Assembly (NCBI GenBank): GCA_919902045.1
Contig: CAKKSP010000030.1
Location: 5,276-31,588 of the forward strand
Reading direction: 5' to 3'
DNA from: Omnitrophica bacterium GWA2_41_15
GTDB lineage: Bacteria > Omnitrophota > Gorgyraeia > Gygaellales > Profunditerraquicolaceae
Length of the DNA: 26,313 nucleotides
Shown here one piece after another: positions 15,015-24,218 of this stretch. The notes below the pieces were generated by a model. That model was given only the letters and a program-made list of their open reading frames with translations, was not told the DNA's origin and made no database searches. Position 1 is the first letter of the stretch, and every line of letters begins with the position of its first letter. Both the position numbers and the translations under genes were made by a program.

Positions 15015-16283
15015 ATGAAGATACTAGTAATTGGTTCAGGGGGGAGAGAACATGCGCTTGCCTGGAAGATCTCGCAGTCAAAGCGTGTTGAGAAGATTTT
15101 TTGCGCTCCGGCAAACGCGGGGATTTCAGAAATTGCTGAATCCGTTCCGATTAAAGCAGTAGATATCAATAAACTTTTAGAATTTGCTAAGAAAGAAGCA
15201 GTTGACCTTACGGTAGTTGGGCCGGAGGCTCCGCTTGCTTTAGGCATAGTTGATGAATTTCAGAAAAACGGGCTTAAAATTTTTGGGCCGCAGAGATTTG
15301 CAGCAAAATTAGAAGCCAGCAAAGTTTTTTCTAAGCAGGTTATGGCTAAATATGGAGTGCCGACAGCAGAATTTAAAGTTTTTTCCGATGCTGATCAGGC
15401 AAAGGAATATGTTGCTAAAAAAGGCGCTCCCTGCGTAGTTAAGGCAGACGGATTAGCCCAAGGTAAAGGCGTAGTAGTTGCAAAGACTATAAAAGAAGCT
15501 CAAGATGCGATTACTCTGATCATGCAAGAAGGAGTATTTGGCGAGGCAGGAAATCACGTAGTCATTGAAGAGTGTTTGATAGGACAAGAAGCCTCGATTT
15601 TAATACTCACAGATGCAGAAACTGCAATTCCTCTTGCTTCAAGCCAGGACCATAAACGTGTTTTTGATAATGATGAAGGCCTAAATACCGGAGGGATGGG
15701 GGCATATTCTCCTGCGCCGGCAGTGACTCCTGAAATTTTTAAATATATTGAGCAAAAGATAATTCAACCCATGATTAAAGGGTTAGCTAAAGAAGGGATT
15801 GTTTATCGCGGCGTGCTTTATGCCGGAATTATGCTTACAGCCGAAGGCCCAAAAGTCCTGGAGTTTAATGTGCGTTTTGGGGATCCGGAAACACAGGCGA
15901 TATTACCACGGCTTAAGTCAGATATAGTTGAGGTAATGCTGGCAGTTGCAGAAGGAAAACTTTCCAGTATAAAAAAGTTAGATTGGGATGATCGCGCTTG
16001 TGTATGCGTAACGCTTGCTGCCGGAGGATATCCAGGGCCGTATGAAAAAGCAAAAGTTATCACCGGCCTTGAGGAAGTTAAAAAAATGACAGATGTAATC
16101 GCCTTTCATTCCGGAACACGTAAGTTTGGCGATAAGATTGTTACTGACGGCGGAAGAGTACTTGGCGTTACAGCACTTGGTGCCAATATAAAGGAAGCGA
16201 TTACGCGTTGTTATCAGGGTGTTGATAAGATAAAATTTGAAGGAATGCATTTTCGCCGGGATATTGGGGTGAGAGCGGTTTAA
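15015..16283 (+). CDS. purD: Phosphoribosylamine-glycine ligase (PurD)
   Basis: MKILVIGSGGREHALAWK, ATP-grasp motifs (VVKADGLAQGKGV, EECLIGQEASI, LEFNVRFGDPE), C-terminal GGRVLGVTA. Confidence 0.9.
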   Translation: MKILVIGSGGREHALAWKISQSKRVEKIFCAPANAGISEIAESVPIKAVDINKLLEFAKKEAVDLTVVGPEAPLALGIVDEFQKNGLKIFGPQRFAAKLEASKVFSKQVMAKYGVPTAEFKVFSDADQAKEYVAKKGAPCVVKADGLAQGKGVVVAKTIKEAQDAITLIMQEGVFGEAGNHVVIEECLIGQEASILILTDAETAIPLASSQDHKRVFDNDEGLNTGGMGAYSPAPAVTPEIFKYIEQKIIQPMIKGLAKEGIVYRGVLYAGIMLTAEGPKVLEFNVRFGDPETQAILPRLKSDIVEVMLAVAEGKLSSIKKLDWDDRACVCVTLAAGGYPGPYEKAKVITGLEEVKKMTDVIAFHSGTRKFGDKIVTDGGRVLGVTALGANIKEAITRCYQGVDKIKFEGMHFRRDIGVRAV

Positions 16284-16287
16284 ATCT

Positions 16288-16332
16288 AGGGACATTTCTT
16301 AAGATGTAAATTGCGTGTTAAGAAATGTCCCT
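16288..16332. repeat. 45-bp perfect palindromic element, copy 2, between purD and purE
   Basis: Arms at 16288-16302 and 16318-16332 are identical to copy 1. Spacer GATGTAAATTGCGTG. Flanking T16287/A16333 extends the stem to 16 bp. It begins 5 nt after the purD stop and ends 15 nt before the purE GTG. Confidence 0.9.
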
Positions 16333-16347
16333 AAAAGAGGAGTTCTT

Positions 16348-16833
16348 GTGGCTAAACTAATTAGTATAATTATGGGTAGCGAATCAGATTTAGATACAGT
16401 GCAGGAAGCGGTAAATATCCTTAAGGAATTTAAGGTTGATTTTGAAATTAAGGTGCTTTCTGCCCATCGCAGCCCGAAGGAACTTGAAAAATATATTGAT
16501 ACTGCGCCTAGTCGCGGGGTAAAGGTTTTTATTGCTGCAGCAGGTGGAGCAGCAGCGCTTGCAGGAGTCATTGCTAGTCATACGCCTTTACCGGTAATCG
16601 GGATACCGATTGAAAGTTCGAGTTTAAAAGGAATAGATTCGCTTTTATCAACTGTGCAGATGCCCGGTGGAGTTCCGGTAGCTTGTATGGCAATAGGAAA
16701 AGCCGGGGCGAAAAATGCAGCGCTTTTTGCTTTACAGATCCTTGGAACAAGCGATCAAAAGATCAGTGGCTTTCTTAAAGATTATAAGGTCAGGATGGCA
16801 GAAAAAATTAAGGCGATAAAGTTGAGGTTATAG
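16348..16833 (+). CDS. purE: N5-carboxyaminoimidazole ribonucleotide mutase / AIR carboxylase catalytic subunit (PurE)
   Basis: KLISIIMGSESDLDTV, AAAGGAAALAGV, VIGIPIES, MPGGVPVACMAIG. GTG start at 16348 preceded by RBS AGAGGAG. The ORF-track TTG at 16315 lies inside the palindrome and is rejected. No purK is present in the window. Confidence 0.85.
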   Translation: MAKLISIIMGSESDLDTVQEAVNILKEFKVDFEIKVLSAHRSPKELEKYIDTAPSRGVKVFIAAAGGAAALAGVIASHTPLPVIGIPIESSSLKGIDSLLSTVQMPGGVPVACMAIGKAGAKNAALFALQILGTSDQKISGFLKDYKVRMAEKIKAIKLRL

Positions 16834-16844
16834 AATATATTTTT

Positions 16845-17912
16845 ATGCGTACCCGTGTAATCAAAATTGACCCGCAGTATCCTGATCCAGCTCTTTTAAA
16901 AGAAGTAGCAGCTATGCTTAAAAAAGGCGGCCTGGTAATAATGCCTACTGAAACTGTTTACGGTATCGCAGCCGATATGCAGAATAAATTAGCTATGGAG
17001 CGCCTGGCTAAAATTAAAGAAAGGCCGAAAGGTAAACCTTTTTCTCTGCATATTGCAGAAAAAGTAAAAGTAGAAGATTTTGTAAGCGATATTCCGCTTT
17101 CAGCGCATAAGTTGATCTATAAATTTTGGCCTGGCCCGTTGACGCTGATTTTTAAAGGCAAAGAAGAAGATTCTGTGGGGATCCGGATGCCAAATCAGGA
17201 AATAGCCTTAAAACTTATTATGATGTCGACTAAAACAATAGTTTGCCCTTCGGCTAATCTTGCCGGAAAACCTCCTGCAAAAAATTGCCAAGACGCGCTT
17301 GTTGATTTAGATGGCCTGGTCGATATAGCTGTTGATTGCGGTGAGGCTTCTTTAGGTAAAGAATCTACAGTTGTAGATGTCAGGCCTGAAATACCTGTTG
17401 TAAAGCGGGAAGGAGCAGTCAACCGGGGAGATATAGAACAAACACTAAAAAACAAGATCGTGCTTTTTGTTTGTACAGGAAACTCTTGTCGCTCAGTGAT
17501 GGCGCAGGCGCTTTTAACTAAGCGTCTTAAAGATAAAGCTCGTACTGATGTTGAGGTGCTTTCGCGTGGGATCATGATGCTCGAAGGCCTTAAGGCAAGT
17601 GCCGAAACTGCGGCTTTACTTGCGCAGGAAGGTGCTGATGTAAGCGATCATCGCTCTCAACGGGTAAGCCGTGAGCTTTTGCAGCGAGCGGATTTAATTT
17701 TAGTTATGGAGCGTATCCACGAGCAAAAAATTTTAGAAATTGAGCCAAAAGTAAGAAATAGGCTTTTTCTTTTAAAAGAATTTACCAGGATTGATGTAAA
17801 GCAAGCTAATGATTTAGAAGTGCCTGACCCCATTGGGAGGTCTGAAGGATTTTACGAGGATACTTTTGCAATGATAAAAGAAGCAGTTAGCCGAATTGCG
17901 GAGGTTATTTAA
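16845..17912 (+). CDS. Fusion of L-threonylcarbamoyladenylate synthase domain (YrdC/Sua5/TsaC) with low-molecular-weight protein tyrosine/arginine phosphatase
   Basis: N-terminal half has the YrdC/Sua5 signature KKGGLVIMPTETVYGIAAD and later SANLAGKPP. The C-terminal half, starting near residue 200, has the LMW-PTP P-loop VLFVCTGNSCRSVMAQAL (CX5RS) and a downstream DP motif (LEVPDPIG). Confidence 0.8.
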   Translation: MRTRVIKIDPQYPDPALLKEVAAMLKKGGLVIMPTETVYGIAADMQNKLAMERLAKIKERPKGKPFSLHIAEKVKVEDFVSDIPLSAHKLIYKFWPGPLTLIFKGKEEDSVGIRMPNQEIALKLIMMSTKTIVCPSANLAGKPPAKNCQDALVDLDGLVDIAVDCGEASLGKESTVVDVRPEIPVVKREGAVNRGDIEQTLKNKIVLFVCTGNSCRSVMAQALLTKRLKDKARTDVEVLSRGIMMLEGLKASAETAALLAQEGADVSDHRSQRVSRELLQRADLILVMERIHEQKILEIEPKVRNRLFLLKEFTRIDVKQANDLEVPDPIGRSEGFYEDTFAMIKEAVSRIAEVI

Positions 17913-17913
17913 A

Positions 17914-18384
17914 ATGAATTTACCTAAAAAAATGTTGATTGGCTCAGACCACGCGGGGTTTGCTTTAAAAGAAGCGCTTATTAAACATCTTGTAAAAAAA
18001 GGAATTAAGGTTAGGGATGAAGGGACATGTTCGATAGATAGCTGCGATTACACTGATTTTGCCGCCATTGTTGCTGGTAAGGTTTCACGTAAGCGTTTTA
18101 GCCGCGGGATTCTGATTTGTAAAAGCGGAATCGGAAATTCTATTATCGCTAATCGTTTTCCCGGAGTGCGAGCTGCCCTGTGTTATAATAAAGAAGTAGC
18201 TAAACTTTGTCGTGAGCATAATGATAGTAATATATTAGTTTTGGGCGCGGGGTTTGTCCCTCCGAAAGATGCAAAAGAGATGGTAGATATCTGGCTTAAA
18301 ACTGATTTTACCGGAGGCAGGCATAAGCGCCGCCTTGATAAAATTAAAAAAACTGAAGAGTTGATAAGGGGGGATAGATTTTGA
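17914..18384 (+). CDS. rpiB: Ribose-5-phosphate isomerase B (RpiB/LacAB family)
   Basis: [41 protein letters not shown] at 17914 is 2 nt after the upstream stop. Confidence 0.85.
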   Translation: MNLPKKMLIGSDHAGFALKEALIKHLVKKGIKVRDEGTCSIDSCDYTDFAAIVAGKVSRKRFSRGILICKSGIGNSIIANRFPGVRAALCYNKEVAKLCREHNDSNILVLGAGFVPPKDAKEMVDIWLKTDFTGGRHKRRLDKIKKTEELIRGDRF

Positions 18385-19619
18385 GCTTTCTTAAAGAAAC
18401 AGATCCGGAGATTTCTCGAATTATAAAAGACGAGTTGAAGCGCCAGCAGGATAACTTAGAGTTGATCGCTTCTGAAAATTTTACTTCACAGGCAGTTCTT
18501 GAAGCACAGGGCTCGGTATTGACTAATAAATATGCCGAAGGCTATCCTCATGCGCGTTGGTACGGAGGCTGTGAGAATGTCGATGATGCTGAGATTTTAG
18601 CGATAGAGCGGGCAAAAGAACTTTTCGGGGCAGAGCACGCTAATGTTCAGCCGCATTCAGGTTCACAAGCAAATATGGCAGTATATTTTTCGGTGCTTAA
18701 ACCGGGGGATACGGTTTTAGCAATGGATCTGGCAGCTGGAGGCCATCTGACACACGGCCATCCGCATAATTTTTCCGGCAGGCTTTATAATATTGTTGGT
18801 TACGGAGTTGACGCAAAAAGTGAGACCATTGATTACGAGTATGTTTTGGCTTTGGCAAAATTACATAAGCCGCGAATTATCCTTGCCGGAGCTTCTGCTT
18901 ATCCGCGCATATTAGATTTTAAAAAGTTTAGAGCTATATGTGATGAAGTAGGCGCGTATTTATTTGTAGATATGGCCCATATTGCCGGGCTTGTGGCAGG
19001 CGGAGTACATCCGTCGCCAGTGCCTTATGCAGAGTTTGTATCTTCTACAACGCATAAAACTTTACGTGGGCCGCGCGGAGGATTTATCCTTTGTAAAAAA
19101 GAATTTAGCCGTAAAATTGATAGTCAAATTTTCCCGGGAATCCAGGGAGGGCCGTTAATGCATGTAGTGGCTGCAAAAGCTGTAGCTTTTAAAGAGGCAA
19201 TGACAAAAGAGTTTAAAATTTATCAGGCTCAGATTGTGAAAAATGCAAAAGCGCTTTCCAAAGCTCTTGAAGAAAAAGATTTTCGCATAGTTTCCGGTGG
19301 CACAGATAATCATCTTATGCTCCTAGATTTGACATCAAAGCAGATTAGCGGAAAAGAAGCCTCTGCGGTTTTAGGAGAGGCCGGGATTACGGTAAATAAA
19401 AATCTCATACCTTTTGATAAGCAAACACCCGCAGTAACAAGCGGGATACGTCTTGGAACGGCAGCAGTTACTACGCGTGGAATGAAAGAGGTTCAGATTC
19501 GTCAAATTGCTTCTTTTATTGATGAGGCAATCGGCTTACGCGGAGAGCATAAAAAATTACCTGATATCCGTAAAAAGGTATTAGCGCTGACAAAAAGGTT
19601 CCCTCTTTATGAAAGATAA
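18381..19619 (+). CDS. glyA: Serine hydroxymethyltransferase (GlyA)
   Basis: [17 protein letters not shown], the [14 protein letters not shown]-lysine region, VTSGIRLGT. Apparent TTG start at 18381 overlaps the rpiB stop, preceded by a G-rich RBS (AAGGGGGG). Confidence 0.9.
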   Translation: MSFLKETDPEISRIIKDELKRQQDNLELIASENFTSQAVLEAQGSVLTNKYAEGYPHARWYGGCENVDDAEILAIERAKELFGAEHANVQPHSGSQANMAVYFSVLKPGDTVLAMDLAAGGHLTHGHPHNFSGRLYNIVGYGVDAKSETIDYEYVLALAKLHKPRIILAGASAYPRILDFKKFRAICDEVGAYLFVDMAHIAGLVAGGVHPSPVPYAEFVSSTTHKTLRGPRGGFILCKKEFSRKIDSQIFPGIQGGPLMHVVAAKAVAFKEAMTKEFKIYQAQIVKNAKALSKALEEKDFRIVSGGTDNHLMLLDLTSKQISGKEASAVLGEAGITVNKNLIPFDKQTPAVTSGIRLGTAAVTTRGMKEVQIRQIASFIDEAIGLRGEHKKLPDIRKKVLALTKRFPLYER

Positions 19620-20088
19620 ACGCCCGGGTTGGGATGCTTATTTTATGGAAGTAGCGTTTTTAGTTTCAAAGCGCGCAACCTGCCTTCGCCGCAGCGTGGG
19701 CGCGGTATTAGTTAAAGATAAAAAAATTCTGGCAACCGGTTATAACGGCGCGCCTTCCGGATTAAAGCATTGTATAGATATAGGATGCCTGCGCCAAAAA
19801 TTAAAGATTCCTTCCGGCCAGCGTCATGAATTATGCCACGGCTTGCATGCGGAACAAAATGTGATATTGCAAGCTGCGCTTTACGGCGTCAGCACACGAG
19901 ATAGCATTCTGTATATTACTAATCAACCTTGTGTTATTTGTTCTAAGATGATTATTAATGCCGGAATAAAAGAGATTGTGATCTCCGATGGTTATCCCGA
20001 TGAGTTGGCAAAGGATTTTTTGCGCCAGGCGAAAATTAAAGTAAGAAATATTAATGCGTTGTCCAAATTGCGGCCACAAAGAAGATAA
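19609..20088 (+). CDS. dCMP deaminase (ComEB/cytidine-deoxycytidylate deaminase family)
   Basis: Zinc motifs [11 protein letters not shown] and [14 protein letters not shown]; N-terminal [18 protein letters not shown]. Overlaps the glyA end. Confidence 0.8.
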   Translation: MKDKRPGWDAYFMEVAFLVSKRATCLRRSVGAVLVKDKKILATGYNGAPSGLKHCIDIGCLRQKLKIPSGQRHELCHGLHAEQNVILQAALYGVSTRDSILYITNQPCVICSKMIINAGIKEIVISDGYPDELAKDFLRQAKIKVRNINALSKLRPQRR

Positions 20089-20545
20089 AGTTGTAGATTC
20101 CCGCGCCACGCAGGAAGAATCTGCGATCCGTAGGCGCCGTGAGTGCCTTAATTGCGGGAAGCGTTTTACTACCTATGAATACGTAGAAGAGGTTTCACTG
20201 ATGGTAGTCAAAAAAGATAACCGTCGGGAGCCGTTTGATCGTCAGAAGATTCTTAGCGGAATGCTTAAGGCCTGCGAGAAGCGGCCGATTAGTATTGATA
20301 AGATAGAAGAAGCTGCCTTGCAGATAGAGCGTCAGATCCAGAAAAAATACGAACGCGAGGTCCTGGCAAGCCGAATCGGAGAGTTAGTAGTTGAGAAGTT
20401 AAAGGCTATGGATGATGTTGCCTATGTGCGTTTTGCTTCGGTATACCGGCAGTTTAAAGATGTGAATCAGTTTATGCAGGAATTAAACGAGATGTTAAAC
20501 CGTGGGAAAAATAATCTTAAGAAAAAAACAAAGAAAGCCAAATGA
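20054..20545 (+). CDS. nrdR: Transcriptional repressor NrdR (zinc ribbon + ATP-cone)
   Basis: [17 protein letters not shown]...[12 protein letters not shown] zinc ribbon followed by an ATP-cone ([20 protein letters not shown]). Overlaps the dCMP deaminase gene by 35 nt. Confidence 0.9.
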   Translation: MRCPNCGHKEDKVVDSRATQEESAIRRRRECLNCGKRFTTYEYVEEVSLMVVKKDNRREPFDRQKILSGMLKACEKRPISIDKIEEAALQIERQIQKKYEREVLASRIGELVVEKLKAMDDVAYVRFASVYRQFKDVNQFMQELNEMLNRGKNNLKKKTKKAK

Positions 20546-20952
20546 TAGAAGTTGAGCTTAGTAAGATAGTAATTGATGAGAAGCGCCATGATCAGCTTAT
20601 TGTGCTGAAAGAAAAAAATGGAGAACGCTTACTGCCGATTGTGATCGGGCTTGCTGAAGCATCAGCGATTAAGCTTCAGATCAGCGGTTTTATTCCGCCG
20701 CGTCCGCTGACACATGATCTGTTACATATTATGATTAAAGACCTTGAAGCAAGCGTTGAAAAAATCGTCATTGATAAGCTTCATGAGAATACTTTCCATG
20801 CAAAACTGTTTCTTAAAACTAATAGCGGTAGTATCAAGATCATAGATGCCCGCCCATCCGACAGTATCGCCTTGGCTGTGCGCTCGCACGCGCCTATATT
20901 TATTGAAGATGAGGTAATTAAAAGTTCTAAACCTTTTAATAAGATCCAATGA
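20542..20952 (+). CDS. DUF151 bifunctional-nuclease (BFN) domain protein
   Basis: 136 aa with an RPLTHDLL motif, which matches my recollection of PF02577. Start overlaps the nrdR stop (ATGA). Confidence 0.5.
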   Translation: MIEVELSKIVIDEKRHDQLIVLKEKNGERLLPIVIGLAEASAIKLQISGFIPPRPLTHDLLHIMIKDLEASVEKIVIDKLHENTFHAKLFLKTNSGSIKIIDARPSDSIALAVRSHAPIFIEDEVIKSSKPFNKIQ

Positions 20953-22445
20953 AATTATCTCCACTTTTTGATTTTCGCGGCCTGCTGAAGCCTGTCTTAG
21001 ACTTTTCCCATAAAAATAAAATTCAATTATATCTTGTCGGCGGAATTTTGCGCGATACGCTAATTAATCGGCGTAAAGAAATATTAGATTTTGATTTTTG
21101 CCTTGAATCAGGGGCAGTAGAATTTGCGCAAAAGCTTGCTAAACAAATGATGGCAGGTTTTGTTTTGCTTGATGACGCGCATGGTTCCTGCCGTGTAGTT
21201 AAAAAAACTAAAGACGGCTATTATACCCTTGATTTTACGGATTTTCGCGGTAAGAGCCTTAAGGATGATTTGCACCACCGGGATTTTACTGTTAATTGTC
21301 TCGCGCTTTCTTTAGAAACGCTTTTTGAGGCTCGCGAGGAAAAAGATTTACAAGCAGCTGTAATAGATCCCTGGTCAGGTTTAGAAGACTTAGATAAAAA
21401 AATAGTGCGGGTAGTTAATAAATCTACTTTTGATGAAGATCCTTTACGGTTAATGCGCGCTTTTAGCCTAGCAGCAAATTTTAACTTTAAAATTGATCCT
21501 CTGACTAAGAAACTGATTAATCTTAAAAGTAAAAAACTAAAAATAGTTTCGTTAGAACGGATAAGAGATGAGTTATTTAAGCTTTTTAGCTTGCCGGAAA
21601 GCTATGCTTGGATTTCTGCGCTTGATAAAGCAGGATTACTTAAAATAATCTTTCCTGAATTTGATAAAATGCGGGGAAAATCGCAAGGGCCATATCATCA
21701 TTTAAATATTTTTGCGCATACATTGGAGAGCTTAAGCCAGTTTGATAAGGTGATTGCGGCTCAAAATAAGAATAAAGAAATTTCCGCGTATCTTAAGGAA
21801 GAGATTTCATCGGGTAGAAAGCGTACTGCGCTAATAAAACTGGCAGTGCTTTTACACGATATTGGAAAGCCTGCGACAATGCGTAAGGAAGGAAAAAAAC
21901 TTAGCTTTCATGGCCATGAGCGGGTAGGTATGCGCATGGCGCAGGAGATTTCAAAACGCCTTAAACTTTCTAATGAAGAAATACAGATGCTTTCTAAAGT
22001 CATCCTTTGGCATCTTCGGCCGGGGTATCTGGCAGATAATGCTGTTATTAGCGCCCGGGCAAAGTTTCGTTTTTTCCGCGATGCCGGAAAAGAGGCAGGA
22101 AGCGTGCTTTTACTTTCAGTAGCTGACCAGCGCGCGACTAAAGGCCGTTTAAGCCCGGCGGCAACGCGCCTGCATCATGAAAAAATCGCTTTTAATTTAT
22201 TAAAAGAGTATTTTAAGAAACAAAAAGAAGAAGTTTTAGTAAAGTTAGTAAATGGCAATGACATAATCTCTTCTTTTAAGCTTTCTCCGTCACCATTAAT
22301 CGGGGTAGTTTTAAAAGAATTAGAAGAACTTCAGGCAATCGGTAAAATTAAAACTAAAGAAGAAGCTTTAATAGAAGCAAAAAAAATTATTCAGAATGAA
22401 AAAAAAATCAAAAACCCGATTTCATCAGTTAAAAAGAATATTTGA
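20949..22445 (+). CDS. cca: CCA-adding tRNA nucleotidyltransferase with HD domain
   Basis: Pol-beta head LYLVGGILRD...DFDF and an HD domain (HHLNIFAHTLESL...LLHDIGKP). Confidence 0.8.
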   Translation: MKLSPLFDFRGLLKPVLDFSHKNKIQLYLVGGILRDTLINRRKEILDFDFCLESGAVEFAQKLAKQMMAGFVLLDDAHGSCRVVKKTKDGYYTLDFTDFRGKSLKDDLHHRDFTVNCLALSLETLFEAREEKDLQAAVIDPWSGLEDLDKKIVRVVNKSTFDEDPLRLMRAFSLAANFNFKIDPLTKKLINLKSKKLKIVSLERIRDELFKLFSLPESYAWISALDKAGLLKIIFPEFDKMRGKSQGPYHHLNIFAHTLESLSQFDKVIAAQNKNKEISAYLKEEISSGRKRTALIKLAVLLHDIGKPATMRKEGKKLSFHGHERVGMRMAQEISKRLKLSNEEIQMLSKVILWHLRPGYLADNAVISARAKFRFFRDAGKEAGSVLLLSVADQRATKGRLSPAATRLHHEKIAFNLLKEYFKKQKEEVLVKLVNGNDIISSFKLSPSPLIGVVLKELEELQAIGKIKTKEEALIEAKKIIQNEKKIKNPISSVKKNI

Positions 22446-22788
22446 GATATTACATGGCCCAAATGGATGTCTTTGGGATAAAAAACAAACCTATAAGAGT
22501 TTGATCCCGTGCTTGAAAGAGGAAGCCGGAGAGATTGTATCTGCTGTCAGGAAAAAAGATTACCATAATCTCAAGGAAGAAGTGGGTGACTTGCTGCTTC
22601 TTGTGATGTTTTACTCTCAAATTGCCAAGAAAGAAGGCCGTTTTGATATTGAAGATGTTATCGTCGAACTGATAAAAAAACTTAAACGCCGTCATCCGCA
22701 TGTGTTTGCAGGTGCTAAAGCAACTTCCGCCCATCAGATAATCCGGAATTGGCATAAAATAAAAAAAGGGGAAAAGAAAAAATCATGA
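22396..22788 (+). CDS. mazG: MazG-family nucleoside triphosphate pyrophosphohydrolase
   Basis: GCLWDKKQTYKSL, EEAGEI, EEVGDLLLLV, RRHPHVF. The start is uncertain: ATG at 22396 would overlap cca by 50 nt, so a downstream alternative start is possible. Confidence 0.7.
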   Translation: MKKKSKTRFHQLKRIFEILHGPNGCLWDKKQTYKSLIPCLKEEAGEIVSAVRKKDYHNLKEEVGDLLLLVMFYSQIAKKEGRFDIEDVIVELIKKLKRRHPHVFAGAKATSAHQIIRNWHKIKKGEKKKS

Positions 22789-23336
22789 TTTTAAACCGGC
22801 CGCAAATTGAAAAGCTGATTACGAGCAAAAAATTAGTCGAAGGATTTATAGATTTAAAAATCCAGCTTACGCCTAATGGCATTGATATAACTGTTGCAGA
22901 GGTATTTTCTTTTGTTGGTGCAGGAGCGCTTGATTTTTCTAATAAAGAGAGAATTATTTCGGAGGTAAAACCGCTTACTCCGGAGAAATTAAATCCCCAG
23001 GATAGATTTGGTTGGTGGAAACTTGCTCCCGGAGCATATAAAGTACGCACTAATGAAACTTTTAATATGCCGCATGATTTAGCTGCTCTTGCTTTTACGC
23101 GTAGTTCTTTGCTGCGTTGCGGGGTGTTTATCCAGAACGCGGTATGGGATGCAGGTTTTTGCGGGAAAGCTGAATTTATTCTTGTGGTGCAAAATCCGTT
23201 TGGTTTTAGGCTTAAACAAAACGCGCGCTTGATTCAGCTTGTTTTTTTGAAGATGCGTAAAACTGACGAAGGATATAACGGGATATACCAAGAACGACCT
23301 ACGCGGTCAAAAATTCGACCGCGTAGGTCGACGTAG
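22785..23336 (+). CDS. dcd: dCTP deaminase (Dcd/dUTPase superfamily) with a C-terminus encoded by a palindromic repeat
   Basis: LTPNGIDITV, GWWKLAPGAYKV, AVWDAGFCGKAEFIL. The last 14 codons (ERPTRSKIRPRRST) are read through GC-palindrome copy B. Confidence 0.7.
   Translation: MILNRPQIEKLITSKKLVEGFIDLKIQLTPNGIDITVAEVFSFVGAGALDFSNKERIISEVKPLTPEKLNPQDRFGWWKLAPGAYKVRTNETFNMPHDLAALAFTRSSLLRCGVFIQNAVWDAGFCGKAEFILVVQNPFGFRLKQNARLIQLVFLKMRKTDEGYNGIYQERPTRSKIRPRRST
23295..23330. repeat. GC-rich palindromic REP-like element copy B (CGACCTACGCGGTC-aaaaattc-GACCGCGTAGGTCG)
   Basis: The 14-bp arms are identical to the arms of copy A. An 8-nt A-rich loop is inserted at the centre. An extra CGTAGGT direct repeat follows at 23332-23338. 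It lies inside the dcd 3' end. Confidence 0.85.
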
Positions 23337-23351
23337 GTGAAGACTGCCTAA

Positions 23352-24170
23352 ATGAAAATAAAAAATACCGAAATTAAGGTCATCCAGGGTGATCTTACTG
23401 AATGTAAAGTTGAGGCAATTGTTAATGTTGTTAATAATGAGTTAGTAATAATAGGCACTGTAAGCCCGCCGGTAAAATTTATTATTCATGCCACGACTGA
23501 TGAAGATAGAATCCGTTTATCCTGCCGTAAAGCCTTAAAAGTCGCAGAAGAATTAAAGATAAATTCAATTGTTTTTTCGGCGTTTGGTTGCGGAACAGGG
23601 GGATTCCCTCTTTTAGCTTCCGCAAAGATTATGGGTCAAGAAGTTTTTCGGCATTTAAGGCAAGGCAAGAGTCAGCTTAAAGAGGTAATATTTTGTCTTA
23701 ATAATGATGAGGCATATAAAATTTTTCAAAAAGGCGTTGAAGGTTATCTTGATTATATGGTCAATGTTCTAAATATACGGCCTTACACAACAGTTGATGC
23801 GCTTATTGAAGTTGAAGGCGGAATAGTTTTGATTGAGAGGAGTAATCCTCCTTTTGGCTGGGCTTTGCCAGGCGGGTTTGTGGATTATGGAGAGAGCCTC
23901 GAAGGTGCGGTAAGGCGTGAAGCAAAAGAAGAGACCAGCTTAGATTTAGAAAATCTTAAACAATTCCATACTTATTCTGATCCGGAACGCGACCCGCGGT
24001 TTCATACTATCGGGACAGTTTTTACTGCTACTTCTAAAGGTAAGCCTAAAGCCGGTGATGATGCAGCTGCCCTAAAGGTATTTAAGCCGGAAGAGATCAA
24101 AAAGCTTAAACTTGCTTTTGATCATAGTAAGATTTTAGAAGATTATTTCAGCAGCAGGGACATTTCTTAA
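23352..24170 (+). CDS. Fusion: degenerate macro domain + NUDIX hydrolase (ADP-ribose-processing type)
   Basis: N-terminus [22 protein letters not shown] resembles the macro-domain start (VxQGDIT...DAIVNAAN), but the GGGV diphosphate-binding loop region appears absent. The C-terminal half carries a clear Nudix box [24 protein letters not shown]. Confidence 0.65.
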   Translation: MKIKNTEIKVIQGDLTECKVEAIVNVVNNELVIIGTVSPPVKFIIHATTDEDRIRLSCRKALKVAEELKINSIVFSAFGCGTGGFPLLASAKIMGQEVFRHLRQGKSQLKEVIFCLNNDEAYKIFQKGVEGYLDYMVNVLNIRPYTTVDALIEVEGGIVLIERSNPPFGWALPGGFVDYGESLEGAVRREAKEETSLDLENLKQFHTYSDPERDPRFHTIGTVFTATSKGKPKAGDDAAALKVFKPEEIKKLKLAFDHSKILEDYFSSRDIS

Positions 24171-24200
24171 CAAGTAATTTGCCTGTTAAGAAATGTCCCT
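24156..24200. repeat. 45-bp perfect palindromic element, copy 3, overlapping the stop codon of the macro-NUDIX gene
   Basis: Arms at 24156-24170 and 24186-24200 are identical to copies 1 and 2. Spacer CAAGTAATTTGCCTG. The upstream gene's TAA stop (24168-24170) is the last 3 nt of the left arm. It ends 18 nt before the next ATG (24219). Confidence 0.9.
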
Positions 24201-24218
24201 AAAGTGTGTATGTAAAAC

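Noticed and set aside
22396-22445. 50-nt overlap between cca and mazG as evidence of a frameshifted fusion
   Set aside because: Both reading frames carry complete, separate domain signatures. The overlap is more simply explained by an uncertain mazG start codon.
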